NCBI GenBank assembly: GCA_963790025.1
Contig: CAWBMP010000004.1
Span: forward strand, 1,632,001 to 1,696,000
Direction of reading: 5' to 3'
Source: Nitrospirota bacterium
GTDB lineage: Bacteria; Nitrospirota; Thermodesulfovibrionia; Thermodesulfovibrionales; Dissulfurispiraceae
DNA: 64,000 nt
In this document: in pieces, positions 9,810 through 20,238 of the stretch
Layout of the letters: every line of letters starts with the position of its first letter
Numbering within the stretch: the stretch's first letter is position 1
Position numbers and translations under genes: made by a program
Notes under the pieces: generated by a model
What the model was told of the DNA's origin: nothing
Seen by the model: the letters and a program-made list of their open reading frames with translations, nothing else
Database searches by the model: none

Positions 9810-10787
9810 TCATTCGAGGAACGGACACAGGAGAAGCCCTCCTTTAGACTGGTCTGCGTTGAGGCCACGGTCTAGTTTGAGCTGGGAGCCTTCGCCCAGA
9901 TGTCGTTCGAAAATGTCGGCATAATTGCCTATAGCCGCAAGAACGCGGCCTTGCCACCCCTTGTCGAGACCCAACTCCGGGGCTGTGATAGGCATTGCCC
10001 GTGAGCTGCCTGCATACCACCGTGTTTCATGCCTCTCAGAACTGATCAGTGTGATCACTGTCCATGAGACGATTGCGGACCATTGTGCGTCGCTGGTCCC
10101 TGTCGCGGCTATGACCGGGAAGACTGAGAGCGGCTCGGACAGGATACGGCCGGCCGGATGGTTTTCTCCCGCATTAAGACGGGCAGCGGCGAGATTAGTG
10201 ATCTCACCTGCGATTGCACGGCAGCGCTGCACGTTGTAGGCATCATTCATCTCTCCGACTTCGGAGAATGGGAGGGGCAGCCAGCTCTTTTGGAATGTGT
10301 CGAAGTAAGCGCTGAGGCTTCGTTCCGTCAGACTTCCGATCAAAAAGCATATGGTGCTCCCTGCAAGGTCGCCAACATGGAGCACAGCCGAGTTTGATGG
10401 AACCATTACGTTATGAGACTCCACAAAAATAGTGGGGCCTGGCACTATCTTGCCTGCCAGCTCCTGTTCGTCGATCTCCGAACCTGTGAGAAAATATACA
10501 TCGTCCTGCAGGGTGCGTACAGCATCAAATTGCTTCGGCGTCTCATATTCGTGGTATTCAATGAGACCGGGTGAGCCAAGCACGGCGGCTGCAATCCCAC
10601 GGCACACGTCGACATTGAGGCCTGTCCAACGCCCCTGGCCGTCAGTATCGGCAAGACCCGGTCGTCTGGTGCTGCCACAGCGAACAAAGCCCCGCGCCTT
10701 CACGCGATCTGCTACAGAACCCGCCACGGACGCAGTGATCGAGCAACAGACCAAGAGTATAACAAGCAAGACTGATAATAAACGCAT
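9810..10787 (-). CDS. Amino-acid ABC transporter substrate-binding protein (AapJ/BztA-like), orphan
   Basis: Signal peptide from MRLLSV (10787), VKARGFVRCG, VDVCRGIAAAVLG, GNYADIFERHLG..RGLNA..GGLL. Confidence 0.8.
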   Translation of the reverse strand: MRLLSVLLVILLVCCSITASVAGSVADRVKARGFVRCGSTRRPGLADTDGQGRWTGLNVDVCRGIAAAVLGSPGLIEYHEYETPKQFDAVRTLQDDVYFLTGSEIDEQELAGKIVPGPTIFVESHNVMVPSNSAVLHVGDLAGSTICFLIGSLTERSLSAYFDTFQKSWLPLPFSEVGEMNDAYNVQRCRAIAGEITNLAAARLNAGENHPAGRILSEPLSVFPVIAATGTSDAQWSAIVSWTVITLISSERHETRWYAGSSRAMPITAPELGLDKGWQGRVLAAIGNYADIFERHLGEGSQLKLDRGLNADQSKGGLLLCPFLE

Positions 10788-10812
10788 AACAAGCTCCTGT
10801 TGTTCTACACCT

Positions 10813-12867
10813 TTAATTGGCCGCAGGATATGTGCTCGGCAGCGGGTTAAAGCCGGATGGAACGTTATTGATGATTCCCTGACGCACATCCTCAGGCACT
10901 ATTCCTATGGCATTACAGCCGTTACCATTATAATGCGGCAGTGTTTTCACTACTTTATCCGGGATTATTGCGAAAGACGCCGGCAGCGGGGGTAAGACGC
11001 CGGTAAGGCGCATTGGATCGAAACCCGACAACAGGCTCTCAGTAACAGGAGAGTTGATGTCACGGGGCCCAAGGTATTTCTGCTCGAATCCTGATGGGCC
11101 GAACTTGTTGAACGCCGGGGCGTTGCCATCCTTGAGCGCTTCAGCCTCATCGGGAAGGCACGCCAGCGCGGGCAGACCGAAGATGTCGTTTATCGTCTCG
11201 ATGATCGCATTGTGATCGCCCTCGGCGTGAGAAACAGCATGGGCGCGTGCATAGGGCGAGATCAGGAGCAGCGGCACGCGTACGCCCCGGGCCAACGGCA
11301 ACCCATCCGGGCCGTAAGAGAGAATACGTGGCGGAACGTGGTCGTAGAAGCCGTCTGACTCGTCATAGGTGATGATAATTGCGCTTTTATTCCAGAGTTC
11401 CGGGTCTGCTGCTATTGCGTTGATCACACGAGCAGCCATGGCCTCGCTGATTTGTCTGTCGGTGTAGGCAGGATGGTCGTCATCACCTGCCTTTGCAGCA
11501 TTAATTGCACTAATTTCCGCTGCTGGAGTAAGGGGGTTTGTAATCGGCGGCAGCAGCCCCATCTGGTTGGTGTAGCCGCCGCGGATGTAGAACACTCCGC
11601 CCTGGGGCAAAGTATTATTGGCTATATCAGTAAAGAAGTCGGTCATGCCGCGGAAGTTTGGCCGAAGCGGCGGCGTATTAGCCAGATAGCCAAAATACTG
11701 CGGCCCCTGATGGTGGCTGACATAGGCAGCGTGAGAAGCTACACTGCCGGCGTCGCTTGACTCGAGGTCATACCCTTCCTGGTACCAGCGCCAGTTGACC
11801 GGATCAAGACCCAGGTTCCGGATAAATGGAATATCTTTCTGAATGTCCGGCAGGTCAAAGGACGGATTCAGGTTCTGCGACATAACCGTGGTGATGTTGC
11901 GGCCCTGAAAGGTGAGAGGCAGGGCTGCGAATGTCATGTTCGAAGCTATGTTAGTGTCTGCGTAACCATCTTTCGGGTTTGCAGGCTGCTTATCAACGGT
12001 CGTAGTGTCGAACTGGGACCCGTAGAACGGTTGCGGGTCATTAACGAGGGGAGGCCCCTGAGTAGTGCCTGAGTGGCCGTTCACGTTGGTGTAGGCCTGA
12101 CCGTTTGGGCCGTGCTTGACCCACTGCGTCTCTCCAGACTGACCGGCGATCATGGCGACCGCGTTAGGGGTCGAAGGAGTGTCCTCTGTAGCAAAGATAT
12201 TATCGAAAATAGTGAAATGGCCCGCCCACTGCCAGAAGAATGGAATAGTGTTGCAGTCAATGTGCGACATCACAAGGCGCGCGTATTGCGTGCCCTTTGC
12301 GCTGTTAGCCGTCCCGCCGTTTTTGTCAAAACGAGAATACTCATCATAGGCGAACTTGTCCATGTGCGGTACACTGTTTACTATATTTATCTTGGTTGCG
12401 AGCCCCCTGTGAGAATGGTCGACGCTGTCGACGACGGTGGCGTTCTGAGCAGGCCCGATAAGGAAGGGCTGGACCGTGATGTTTTTTCCGCTGATAAGGT
12501 CGGTGTAGGTCTGGGTGAAACCGGGGGTATCGGCGGCGGAACGCGGCATCAGGCCGTCTGAATAAAGGCCGTTGACACCTGGAAAGGTGCCAAATTCGTT
12601 GTCGAACGAGTGGTTCTCGTTGAAAATGACGAAGACGTACTTGATCTTGTTACGCAGCAATTTTACCAGATCATCACGGCCTATATCAGTATGCTCCTTT
12701 GCCGGATCGTTAAAGTATTGCTGGATATCGGGGCCGGCGTCGCTCATAGGCTGTGCTGTGACTAGAGGGCGGGTCTGCGGACCGGCACATGCGGCCAGCA
12801 TGACAAGGGACAACAGCAGCGAGGTTGTCGCCACTACGGACAAATAAAACTTTGCAAGTCGTCTCAT
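10813..12867 (-). CDS. Secreted phosphoesterase lipoprotein (phospholipase C / AcpA acid phosphatase family)
   Basis: ENHSFDN, TPSTPNA, DDHP, ITYDESDGFYDHVPP, RVPLLLISPYA; lipobox LAAC; AAGGAG RBS before ATG 12867. Confidence 0.85.
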   Translation of the reverse strand: MRRLAKFYLSVVATTSLLLSLVMLAACAGPQTRPLVTAQPMSDAGPDIQQYFNDPAKEHTDIGRDDLVKLLRNKIKYVFVIFNENHSFDNEFGTFPGVNGLYSDGLMPRSAADTPGFTQTYTDLISGKNITVQPFLIGPAQNATVVDSVDHSHRGLATKINIVNSVPHMDKFAYDEYSRFDKNGGTANSAKGTQYARLVMSHIDCNTIPFFWQWAGHFTIFDNIFATEDTPSTPNAVAMIAGQSGETQWVKHGPNGQAYTNVNGHSGTTQGPPLVNDPQPFYGSQFDTTTVDKQPANPKDGYADTNIASNMTFAALPLTFQGRNITTVMSQNLNPSFDLPDIQKDIPFIRNLGLDPVNWRWYQEGYDLESSDAGSVASHAAYVSHHQGPQYFGYLANTPPLRPNFRGMTDFFTDIANNTLPQGGVFYIRGGYTNQMGLLPPITNPLTPAAEISAINAAKAGDDDHPAYTDRQISEAMAARVINAIAADPELWNKSAIIITYDESDGFYDHVPPRILSYGPDGLPLARGVRVPLLLISPYARAHAVSHAEGDHNAIIETINDIFGLPALACLPDEAEALKDGNAPAFNKFGPSGFEQKYLGPRDINSPVTESLLSGFDPMRLTGVLPPLPASFAIIPDKVVKTLPHYNGNGCNAIGIVPEDVRQGIINNVPSGFNPLPSTYPAAN

Positions 12868-13010
12868 ATTGCATCTCCTTTCAGGACAAGCAGTCTGGTT
12901 CTTTCTTCGGTGGGCAGCAAAGACAGCCATACACAAAATTATATTATAGTAGATCATATCGAGTGTTAAAAAATGATGACGTCAGTGTTACTTCTTGGTT
13001 AAGCTCTGAT

Positions 13011-13700
13011 TTAAGGCCGGTCTTTCTCTGGTGGAGAAAATTTAATATAGTTTTCCCAAATGAAAAAAAGTTCTTTTGTTGCCCTAAGGTCACCAGCGCA
13101 GTAGCGGGCAATATCAATGTAACGTTTCGACTCGAACAGTTCTTTCACGTCATAGCCGGTAATGCCGCCGGCCTTAGGGCTTTTTATATCGAAGGTCCTG
13201 CACCACATGTCGAGACTGAAACGCTTTTTCGATGTTCCGTAAAAGGACAATTGATCGAAAAGGTCGATATGGGGGCCGTTATAACGGTTGGGCATCAATT
13301 CCCTTGAGGGTTTTATCTTATGTCGTGCCGAGCGGATTAGAATGAACGGGCAATCAAATCCCCTGCCGTTGAAGGTGATGAACTGATCGTAGGTCCTGAT
13401 AACGCTCCAGAACTTTTCCAGTATCTCCTTTTCCGTTCCGCACTCGTACAGCATGCCGTCTTCTTCGAAGGGCGGCATATCACCCGGCGCTTGGAAATAA
13501 ACGGCGCCCTTGGCGGTATCCGGATTGAGCATACCTATTGTGATAACCTCGGCTGTGAGCGGATAGAAGGAAAGGCTTTCTTTTATACGTTGGACCTCAT
13601 CTTCTGTATCGGCCCATTTGAGAAAGTATTCCTGAGCGGCGGGATCAAGAGACCCGAAATCCACCCCCAAAGTCTCTATGTCGAATATGATGCGGCCCAT
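13011..13700 (-). CDS. DnaQ/RNase H-like 3'-5' exonuclease (PolB exonuclease-like)
   Basis: ExoI IIFDIET, ExoII TFNGRGFD, ExoIII YCAGD. Confidence 0.85.
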   Translation of the reverse strand: MGRIIFDIETLGVDFGSLDPAAQEYFLKWADTEDEVQRIKESLSFYPLTAEVITIGMLNPDTAKGAVYFQAPGDMPPFEEDGMLYECGTEKEILEKFWSVIRTYDQFITFNGRGFDCPFILIRSARHKIKPSRELMPNRYNGPHIDLFDQLSFYGTSKKRFSLDMWCRTFDIKSPKAGGITGYDVKELFESKRYIDIARYCAGDLRATKELFFIWENYIKFSPPEKDRP

Positions 13701-13701
13701 T

Positions 13702-13804
13702 TTTAAAGAAACAGGTAAATGTAAAGAGTGAGACAGGTAAAAGCAGAAATCTCGTCTTGTTACGTTATCTTTACCTCTGCCTCAACCTATACCTGTTTTT
13801 TAAA
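13702..13804. repeat. Two-armed hexamer-periodic (NAGGTN) imperfect inverted repeat element
   Basis: Left TTTAAAGAAA-CAGGTA-AATGTA-AAGAGT; right arm reverse complement TTTAAAAAA-CAGGTA-TAGGTT-GAGGCA-GAGGTA-AAGATA. Confidence 0.7.
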
Positions 13805-13807
13805 CGC

Positions 13808-15106
13808 CTATGCTGCTTTCTTGCGCATGTTTTCAAACACTTTCCATGTCTTAAGCGTATCTACTGCCCGCTGCAGCTGCAAATCGTCTTTTTCTTCCAC
13901 CTCAAGTGGCCCCATCTCTTTTTCTTCGCTTTCCTCTTTCAAATTATCGTTTTTGAGATGCCTCTCCAGGTCCTTTTCCCTGACAATGGTATGGGTTTCC
14001 GTCCCATCTTTGGCAGCCAGCTTGACAACAATATCAGGGGTGATACCGACACTTTGGATGCTTATGCCGTTCGGGGTATAGTACTTTGCGGTAGTAAGCC
14101 GGAGCCCTGACCCGTCACTGAGCGGGATAAGGCTTTGCACCGAGCCTTTGCCAAAAGTCTGGACGCCGATGATTACCGCCCTCTTCCAGTCCTTCATGGC
14201 TCCGGCAACGATCTCGGAAGCGCTTGCGCTGCCCTGATTGACAAGGACTACCATGGGCATATCAGTGTAATAGGGTTTATCTCCTTCAGTATAATATTCT
14301 TTCTTATCTCCGGTCCTGCCTTTTATATACACAACAAGCTGCTTGGGCGGCAGGAACTGTTCAGCTACTTCCACTGCACTGTCGAGCAGACCGCCCGGGT
14401 CATTTCTAAGGTCAAGTATAATAGAGGTCATGCCCTCCTTCTTTAGGTTGGCAAGCGCTGAAGAAAGATCGTCGCCTGTGGCTTCCTGGAACTGGGTGAG
14501 CTTTATGTATCCGATAGAGCTGTCGATCATTTTTGCCTTGACGCTTTTTATTTTTATCGTATCCCTGACGATAGTGAAATCTTTCGGTTCAGTCCAGCCC
14601 TCTCTCATGACGCCCAAAACAATGGAAGACCCCTTTGGCCCGCGCATTTTTGCAACGGCATCGGTTATTCCCATATTTTTTGTGGATTCTCCGGCAATTT
14701 TTACAATTTTGTCCCCGGATTTGATTCCCGCCCTGTACGCAGGGGTATCTTCAATGGGAGCAATGACAGTAAGAACAGAGTCTTTTATCCCGATCTGTAT
14801 ACCGAGACCGCCGAACTCTCCCCTGGTTTCGACCTGAAGCTCTTTGTATGCTTCAGGAGTCATATAGCCTGAGTGGGGATCGAGGGAAGAGACCATGCCC
14901 TTGATTGCAGAGGTAACCAGATCTTTCTTCTTGACATCATCTACATAACTTTTTTTTATCAAATCCAGAACTTCAATGAAGGGCTTTAATTCTTCATAGC
15001 TACTCTCGGCATTGACCGTTCCTATGGTCCATCTGCCTATAAGCGCAATAGCAAAGGCAAAAGAGATAATCGTGGTGACGACAAGCCATTTTGTTTTTGG
15101 AAGCAT
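13808..15106 (-). CDS. ctpA: C-terminal processing protease, S41 family with PDZ domain
   Basis: LDPHSGYM, PDZ GLGI, LDLRNDPGGLL, SASASEIVAGA, TFGKGSVQ. Confidence 0.95.
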   Translation of the reverse strand: MLPKTKWLVVTTIISFAFAIALIGRWTIGTVNAESSYEELKPFIEVLDLIKKSYVDDVKKKDLVTSAIKGMVSSLDPHSGYMTPEAYKELQVETRGEFGGLGIQIGIKDSVLTVIAPIEDTPAYRAGIKSGDKIVKIAGESTKNMGITDAVAKMRGPKGSSIVLGVMREGWTEPKDFTIVRDTIKIKSVKAKMIDSSIGYIKLTQFQEATGDDLSSALANLKKEGMTSIILDLRNDPGGLLDSAVEVAEQFLPPKQLVVYIKGRTGDKKEYYTEGDKPYYTDMPMVVLVNQGSASASEIVAGAMKDWKRAVIIGVQTFGKGSVQSLIPLSDGSGLRLTTAKYYTPNGISIQSVGITPDIVVKLAAKDGTETHTIVREKDLERHLKNDNLKEESEEKEMGPLEVEEKDDLQLQRAVDTLKTWKVFENMRKKAA

Positions 15107-15115
15107 TTTTCACTC

Positions 15116-16381
15116 CTATTGTTTTAACCATTGCTGAGGATCGATGGGTTTCCCGTTGTACCGTATCTCAAAATACAGTCCGCTCGTTCCAAGCGTGCTT
15201 GATTCCCCGACCTCTCCAATGGTCTGATATTCTTTTATTATAGCGCCATTCTTTGAAAAAATCTTCGACAAGTTGCCATAAAGCGAATGGTACCCGTTGC
15301 CATGGCTTATAATGATCAGCTGTCCGTAACCCTTGAAATAGTCTGCAAATACCACTTTGCCGTCAAAGACCGCCTTAACCGGGGAGCCGCTTTCCGCTTT
15401 CACGTGCATGCCGCTTCTGAAAACAGGCAGATTAAATATGGGGTCTACCTGGGTACCGTACTGCAATGCGACACTGCCGTTTACCGGCCAGGGAAGTTTT
15501 CCTTTCAGTTTGCGAAACGGGCTGTTGTCCGCTGCCTCTTCCTCTTTTGCACCGGGCCTTGTTTTGACGATCCGCTTTTTTCTTGTCTCCCGCTCCCGTC
15601 TTTCAGTCTCCCTGATAATCGAGAGCAATCTGCTGGATGTTTCCTTGAGCTCATTTATCATATTTTCGTACAGGCCTTTTTCTTTTCTGACCTGGGTGAG
15701 CAGCGTCTCGCGCTCTTTTTTCTTTTCCTTCAGGTCGACTTCGAGCTTCGCAAGACTTCTTTCCTCCACTTTAAGGGCCGCATACAGAACTTTTAATTCG
15801 GCATCTTTTTTGGCCATGGCCCGCAGCTCTGTCTTGTATTTTTTTATGAGCCCGTAATCATAGTCAGATATGTCCCTTAGGTATTTTTCGGTCCTCAATG
15901 TTTGTGCGAAATCTTCCCCGCTAAGCAAAATCAGAAGCGCATCCTTATTTACGTCAAACATCACGAGCGTTCTCAATCTTTTTTTTAAGCGGATTTTGTG
16001 TGCCTGCAGGACAGCGCTGTTGCTTGCGATGTCCTTCTGCAACGCCAGAATATTGGTATTCAACTGTCTTATCTTGTCCCGTTTGGCTGATAGCTGTCGT
16101 TCAATTTCGTGGAGTTCGGAAGTCATTTTCCGCAATTCTTCAAGAACGGACTGCTCCTGTTTTTTTACTGACTCAAGCTTTTGTTTGTGTGTCCTGATGT
16201 CCTTCTGAATGCGTTTGTATTCTTCCTTCGTTTGCTCCGCACTTGCGAGGGGAGGGGCAAGTCCGGGGTTCCACGTAGGAAATTGTAGGGCCATCCCCAA
16301 CAGAAAGACGATGAGAGAAATAAAAAATATGGATTTGTCCGGGAATACATTGTGCATTTTACGACGCGCACGTTGCATCAA
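15116..16381 (-). CDS. envC: Murein hydrolase activator EnvC family (coiled coil plus degenerate M23)
   Basis: Long coiled coil, KGKLPWPVNG, GYGQLIIISHG, LYFEIR; follows ftsEX; start uncertain. Confidence 0.9.
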   Translation of the reverse strand: MMQRARRKMHNVFPDKSIFFISLIVFLLGMALQFPTWNPGLAPPLASAEQTKEEYKRIQKDIRTHKQKLESVKKQEQSVLEELRKMTSELHEIERQLSAKRDKIRQLNTNILALQKDIASNSAVLQAHKIRLKKRLRTLVMFDVNKDALLILLSGEDFAQTLRTEKYLRDISDYDYGLIKKYKTELRAMAKKDAELKVLYAALKVEERSLAKLEVDLKEKKKERETLLTQVRKEKGLYENMINELKETSSRLLSIIRETERRERETRKKRIVKTRPGAKEEEAADNSPFRKLKGKLPWPVNGSVALQYGTQVDPIFNLPVFRSGMHVKAESGSPVKAVFDGKVVFADYFKGYGQLIIISHGNGYHSLYGNLSKIFSKNGAIIKEYQTIGEVGESSTLGTSGLYFEIRYNGKPIDPQQWLKQ

Positions 16382-17257
16382 TCAGAGCCTTATCCGGCCA
16401 ATGGCAAGAGCAGAGCCTATTACGCCCAATATTATACCGATGAAGGGAAGGGCTATAACGACCTCAAAGGGAAAGACCAGTGTGCTTAATATGGGAATGA
16501 CCATGCTCAAGCGGTAGGTTACGGCAAAGTAGAAGATAAAGGCCCCGACTATACCCAGAATTCCGCCGAACAGCCCTATGACACTGCCTTCAATAAGAAA
16601 GGGCGTTCTGATAAAGTCGCTGGTTGCACCAAGTAGTTTCATAATCTCTATTTCTTCCTTTTTCCGGTAGAAAAGAATTTTTACCGTGCTGTAGGTCACA
16701 AAAACAACGCCGAGAGAAATAGTTAAAAAGATGATGATGCTTATGTTCCGGACCGATTGCTTCAGCAGGTGTATAGCTTCGGCTATACTCTCCCCGTAAT
16801 AAAGCGTATCGATACCGGGTATCCTCCTGATCTCTCCGGCGATCCTGGAAGCGGTTAACGGTGTGACAAACTCTTTTCTCAATTTTATTTCTATTGAAGG
16901 GGAAAGTGGATTTTCATCCAGGCCTTCGAGGAGATGAGCTGAATCCTTGAGGTTCTGCTTTAATTCAAGCAGGGCGTCTTCTTTGGTTATATATCGGACC
17001 TTGGCCACTTCCGCTCTTTTTTTGAGCGAATCCATTATCTGCTGCGTTTCCTCTTGCGAAAGAGAGTTTTTCAGATAGGCCATCATCGAGAAGCGCTCCG
17101 GCAGGTGATTCGCAATAAGCTCAATGTTGTAAAGAAAGAATACTGCGAGAGTTATGATGAGCAAACTGGATCCCACTGTGAGAGTTGAAAGGATATTAAT
17201 CCATTTTTCTTTCCCGAGACTCTTAAAAGCAGATTTAAAGGAGTATGATAATGCCAT
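16382..17257 (-). CDS. ftsX: Cell division permease FtsX
   Basis: Four TM segments, periplasmic ENPLSPSIEI, EIEIMKLLGAT..IRTPFLIEG. Confidence 0.93.
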   Translation of the reverse strand: MALSYSFKSAFKSLGKEKWINILSTLTVGSSLLIITLAVFFLYNIELIANHLPERFSMMAYLKNSLSQEETQQIMDSLKKRAEVAKVRYITKEDALLELKQNLKDSAHLLEGLDENPLSPSIEIKLRKEFVTPLTASRIAGEIRRIPGIDTLYYGESIAEAIHLLKQSVRNISIIIFLTISLGVVFVTYSTVKILFYRKKEEIEIMKLLGATSDFIRTPFLIEGSVIGLFGGILGIVGAFIFYFAVTYRLSMVIPILSTLVFPFEVVIALPFIGIILGVIGSALAIGRIRL

Positions 17258-17922
17258 TACCCTATCTCCTCACTGGCAAAGGCCCCGCCATCAAGCTTTA
17301 ACACCCTCTTGCCCGAATTCCTGAATAATTCCCGGTTATGTGTTGCGATGAGTGTTGTCGCCCCCTGGGCATTCAGCTCGTGGAACAGTGTAATGATATC
17401 AAGTGCCGTTTTAAGGTCGAGATTGCCGGTGGGCTCGTCGGCGAGCAGAACTACAGGGCCTCCCACTATGGCGCGCGCAATGGCAACCCGCTGCTGTTCT
17501 CCCCCAGAAAGACTTTCGGGATAGCTGTCGGCGACATGGCGCAGATTCACCTTTTTCAGCGCTTCCGAAGATAAGGAACGGACAACTCTTTCGTGCATCC
17601 CCCTGATATGCAAGGCCAGGGCCACGTTATCGATGACCGTAAGATTATTGATGAGCTTAAAATCCTGAAACACAACGCCGATATTCCGTCTCAACAAGGG
17701 TATTTCGGATATTTTTAAAGAGGGAAGGTGAATGTCCTCAATTATAATCTCACCCTCGTCAGGCAGTTCCGCCATGTACATCAGCTTGAGCAGCGTAGAT
17801 TTTCCGGCGCCGCTCGGGCCGGTGATAAATGCCATTTCACCTTTTTGAATGGTGAATGTGATGTTTTTTAATACAGTGTTGTGTTCGTAGAATTTTGAAA
17901 CGTTCTCAAAAGCAATCATCAA
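17257..17922 (-). CDS. ftsE: Cell division ATP-binding protein FtsE
   Basis: GPSGAGKST, LRRNIGVVFQDFKL, LSGGEQQRVAIARA, LADEPTGNLD. Confidence 0.95.
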   Translation of the reverse strand: MMIAFENVSKFYEHNTVLKNITFTIQKGEMAFITGPSGAGKSTLLKLMYMAELPDEGEIIIEDIHLPSLKISEIPLLRRNIGVVFQDFKLINNLTVIDNVALALHIRGMHERVVRSLSSEALKKVNLRHVADSYPESLSGGEQQRVAIARAIVGGPVVLLADEPTGNLDLKTALDIITLFHELNAQGATTLIATHNRELFRNSGKRVLKLDGGAFASEEIG

Positions 17923-18923
17923 CGTGGAAATTCTTGGAAAAAGCCCATTACGGTTCTTAAAATATCCTCTGAAGAAAGCCCGAAGAGTTTTATCAGTTCA
18001 TCAGGGGACCCTGAGCACCCGAATGTATCTCTTGTGCCGATCTTTCGCACATGGGCCGGATGGTTTTCAGCCAGGAACTCCGAAACCGCTCCGCCCAGGC
18101 CCCCTATAACGGAATGCTCTTCGGCGGTAACGATCAATTTAGATCCTTTCGCAGCGTTCAATACAGCATCCGTGTCGAGCGGCTTGATGGTGGACATGTT
18201 GATAACACCCGCGTCCACCCCATTTAACTGAAGCAACTCTCTGGCATGAAGAGCAATTGACACCATCATCCCTGTTGCAATAATGGTGACGTCACGGCCT
18301 ATGTTGAATGTAAATGCCTTGCCGATCACGAACCGGTAATTTTCAGGCATGACCGGAGGGACCTTTGCCCTGCCGAGCCGCACATAGACGGGGTGCCCGT
18401 ATTCGGCAACAGCATCAATTACCTGTTGTGTTTCAAAGCCGTCGCAAGGCACTACGACCGTAATATGGGGGATGACTCTCATCAGTGCAATATCCTCAAG
18501 TGCCTGATGTGAAGCCCCATCTTCGCCAACAGTGATCCCCGCATGCGTGGCAACCAATTTTACATTAAGCCCTGAATAGCATAGGGTCTGCCGAATTTGC
18601 TCCCATGCACGGCCTGTTTGAAATACGGCAAAGGTAGATGCGAAAGGGATTTTACCGGTCAGCGACAGACCACCCGCCGTGCCGATCATGTCTTGTTCCG
18701 CAATGCCCATATTAAAAAATCTGTCGGGAAAGGCCCTGGCGAATTTCGCTGTTTTTGTAGAACCGGAAAGGTCCGCATCGAGCACGACAACTCTTTCATT
18801 GCGCTTGCCCAATGCAAGAAGCGCCGCCCCATAAGCATCGCGAGTGGCAACCGCCTTGCCGCAGAAGTCGGGACAGTCTGGGGCGTGCGCCTTGATTTCA
18901 GGTCCCTGTTCTCTACTCCCCAT
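17919..18923 (-). CDS. Transketolase, C-terminal subunit (pyrimidine-binding and C-terminal domains)
   Basis: ATRDAYG, DADLSGST, GIAEQDM, GEDGASHQ, EEHSVIGGLG; start at ATG 18923 overlapping the N-terminal subunit stop. Confidence 0.93.
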   Translation of the reverse strand: MGSREQGPEIKAHAPDCPDFCGKAVATRDAYGAALLALGKRNERVVVLDADLSGSTKTAKFARAFPDRFFNMGIAEQDMIGTAGGLSLTGKIPFASTFAVFQTGRAWEQIRQTLCYSGLNVKLVATHAGITVGEDGASHQALEDIALMRVIPHITVVVPCDGFETQQVIDAVAEYGHPVYVRLGRAKVPPVMPENYRFVIGKAFTFNIGRDVTIIATGMMVSIALHARELLQLNGVDAGVINMSTIKPLDTDAVLNAAKGSKLIVTAEEHSVIGGLGGAVSEFLAENHPAHVRKIGTRDTFGCSGSPDELIKLFGLSSEDILRTVMGFFQEFPR

Positions 18924-19755
18924 TGCCACCAAGCTCCAGGAGCGCCCTGTCAAGCTCCTCTTTTGTCGGCGCTAATCCGTGGTATTCTGCTTTGCCTTCG
19001 AAGAAAGATACCCCTTTGCTTTTAACTGTCCTGGCAAGTATAACAGAGGGCTTGCCCTTGATCTTTTCCGCCTCATCAAGCGTTTTTACAATATCTTCCA
19101 TATTATGGCCGTCTATTTCGAACACATGCCAGTTGAAAGACTTCCATTTTTCCGAAAGAGGTTCCACCTGCATGACATCACAGCATCTGCCGTCTATTTG
19201 CAGTCCATTGACATCTATGATAGCGCAAAGGTTATCGAGATTATAATGTCCTGCCGACATTGCAGCCTCCCATACTTGCCCTTCCTGAATCTCACCATCG
19301 CCCAAAAGACAATAAACCCTGGAAGAACTCTTATCAAGCCTCAGCCCCAAAGCAATGCCGTTTGAAATAGAAAGGCCCTGTCCGAGAGAGCCGGTAGAGA
19401 CCTCAACGCCCTCAATAAGTTTTGATGATGGATGTCCCTGCAGCGGACAGCCGATTTTCCTGAGATTGGCAAGCAGTGATGTTTCAAAATATCCGGACAA
19501 GGCTAAAACTGCATATAGAAGGGGGGCGGCATGGCCTTTCGAGAGAATAAACCTGTCCCGCTCCTGCCAGGCAGGGTCCTGGGGGCGGTGCCTCATTTTG
19601 TAAAAGTAGAGTGCTGTCACGATATCCGCTGCGGAGAGAGAGCCTCCTGTATGGCCGGAGCCGGATGCAGTGAGCATCTTTAAAATTTCAATTCTTATAT
19701 TTCGCGCCTGTTCTGTCAGGGAGCGTATATCTGGGGATTGCATAGCCGTTTCCAT
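18913..19755 (-). CDS. Transketolase, N-terminal TPP-binding subunit
   Basis: SGHTGGSLS, DRFILSKGHAAP, LQGHP, TGSLGQGLS, GDGEIQEGQVWEA. Confidence 0.95.
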   Translation of the reverse strand: METAMQSPDIRSLTEQARNIRIEILKMLTASGSGHTGGSLSAADIVTALYFYKMRHRPQDPAWQERDRFILSKGHAAPLLYAVLALSGYFETSLLANLRKIGCPLQGHPSSKLIEGVEVSTGSLGQGLSISNGIALGLRLDKSSSRVYCLLGDGEIQEGQVWEAAMSAGHYNLDNLCAIIDVNGLQIDGRCCDVMQVEPLSEKWKSFNWHVFEIDGHNMEDIVKTLDEAEKIKGKPSVILARTVKSKGVSFFEGKAEYHGLAPTKEELDRALLELGGNGE

Positions 19756-19878
19756 TTGTGAGTTTCCTTTGCCGGTGAAAAGAAGTTCGCTTATTATATA
19801 ACAAGACAAGCGGAAATTGGTATTTTCATTGGTGTGACTGTTTTATTGTATCCGACCGGATACAGGCATTTTATCCCC

Positions 19879-20235
19879 TCAGCATACAAGGTAGTTTATA
19901 TCATACCCGTGCTTTTGAAACGCGAAACGCAGGTCCCTCCTCTGTTCAGGGGTTATAGAAGTATAAATTTCCGCGATCTTCTCCCTGGACTGTTCAGCAG
20001 GCACGCAATTGTATTTATAAAGGTCATCCTTTGTTTTTGCAGACAGTTGTGTATCGGCAAGTATGCTTTTCAAGTCTCCCGACTCGCAAAGCATCTTGTA
20101 GAGGCCTTCCTTATTACTGCCGAAAAAATAACTCTTGCCGTCCTTTGTAACAAGAAACGTACTGGAGCACGCTTCGGCAAACAACGCCGCGAGAAGGACA
20201 ATTGCCGGGACAAAAAGGCGTATTTCTTTTTTCAT
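19879..20235 (-). CDS. Small Cys-containing lipoprotein of unknown function
   Basis: Signal peptide with lipobox-like AEAC-SS; further Cys in MLCESG, YNCVP and as the last residue. Confidence 0.8.
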   Translation of the reverse strand: MKKEIRLFVPAIVLLAALFAEACSSTFLVTKDGKSYFFGSNKEGLYKMLCESGDLKSILADTQLSAKTKDDLYKYNCVPAEQSREKIAEIYTSITPEQRRDLRFAFQKHGYDINYLVC

Positions 20236-20238
20236 GGT

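Noticed and set aside
10440..10453. TGGCAC-TATC-TTGC as a sigma54 promoter
   Set aside because: The spacing is one base short of -24/-12 and it lies inside a coding region
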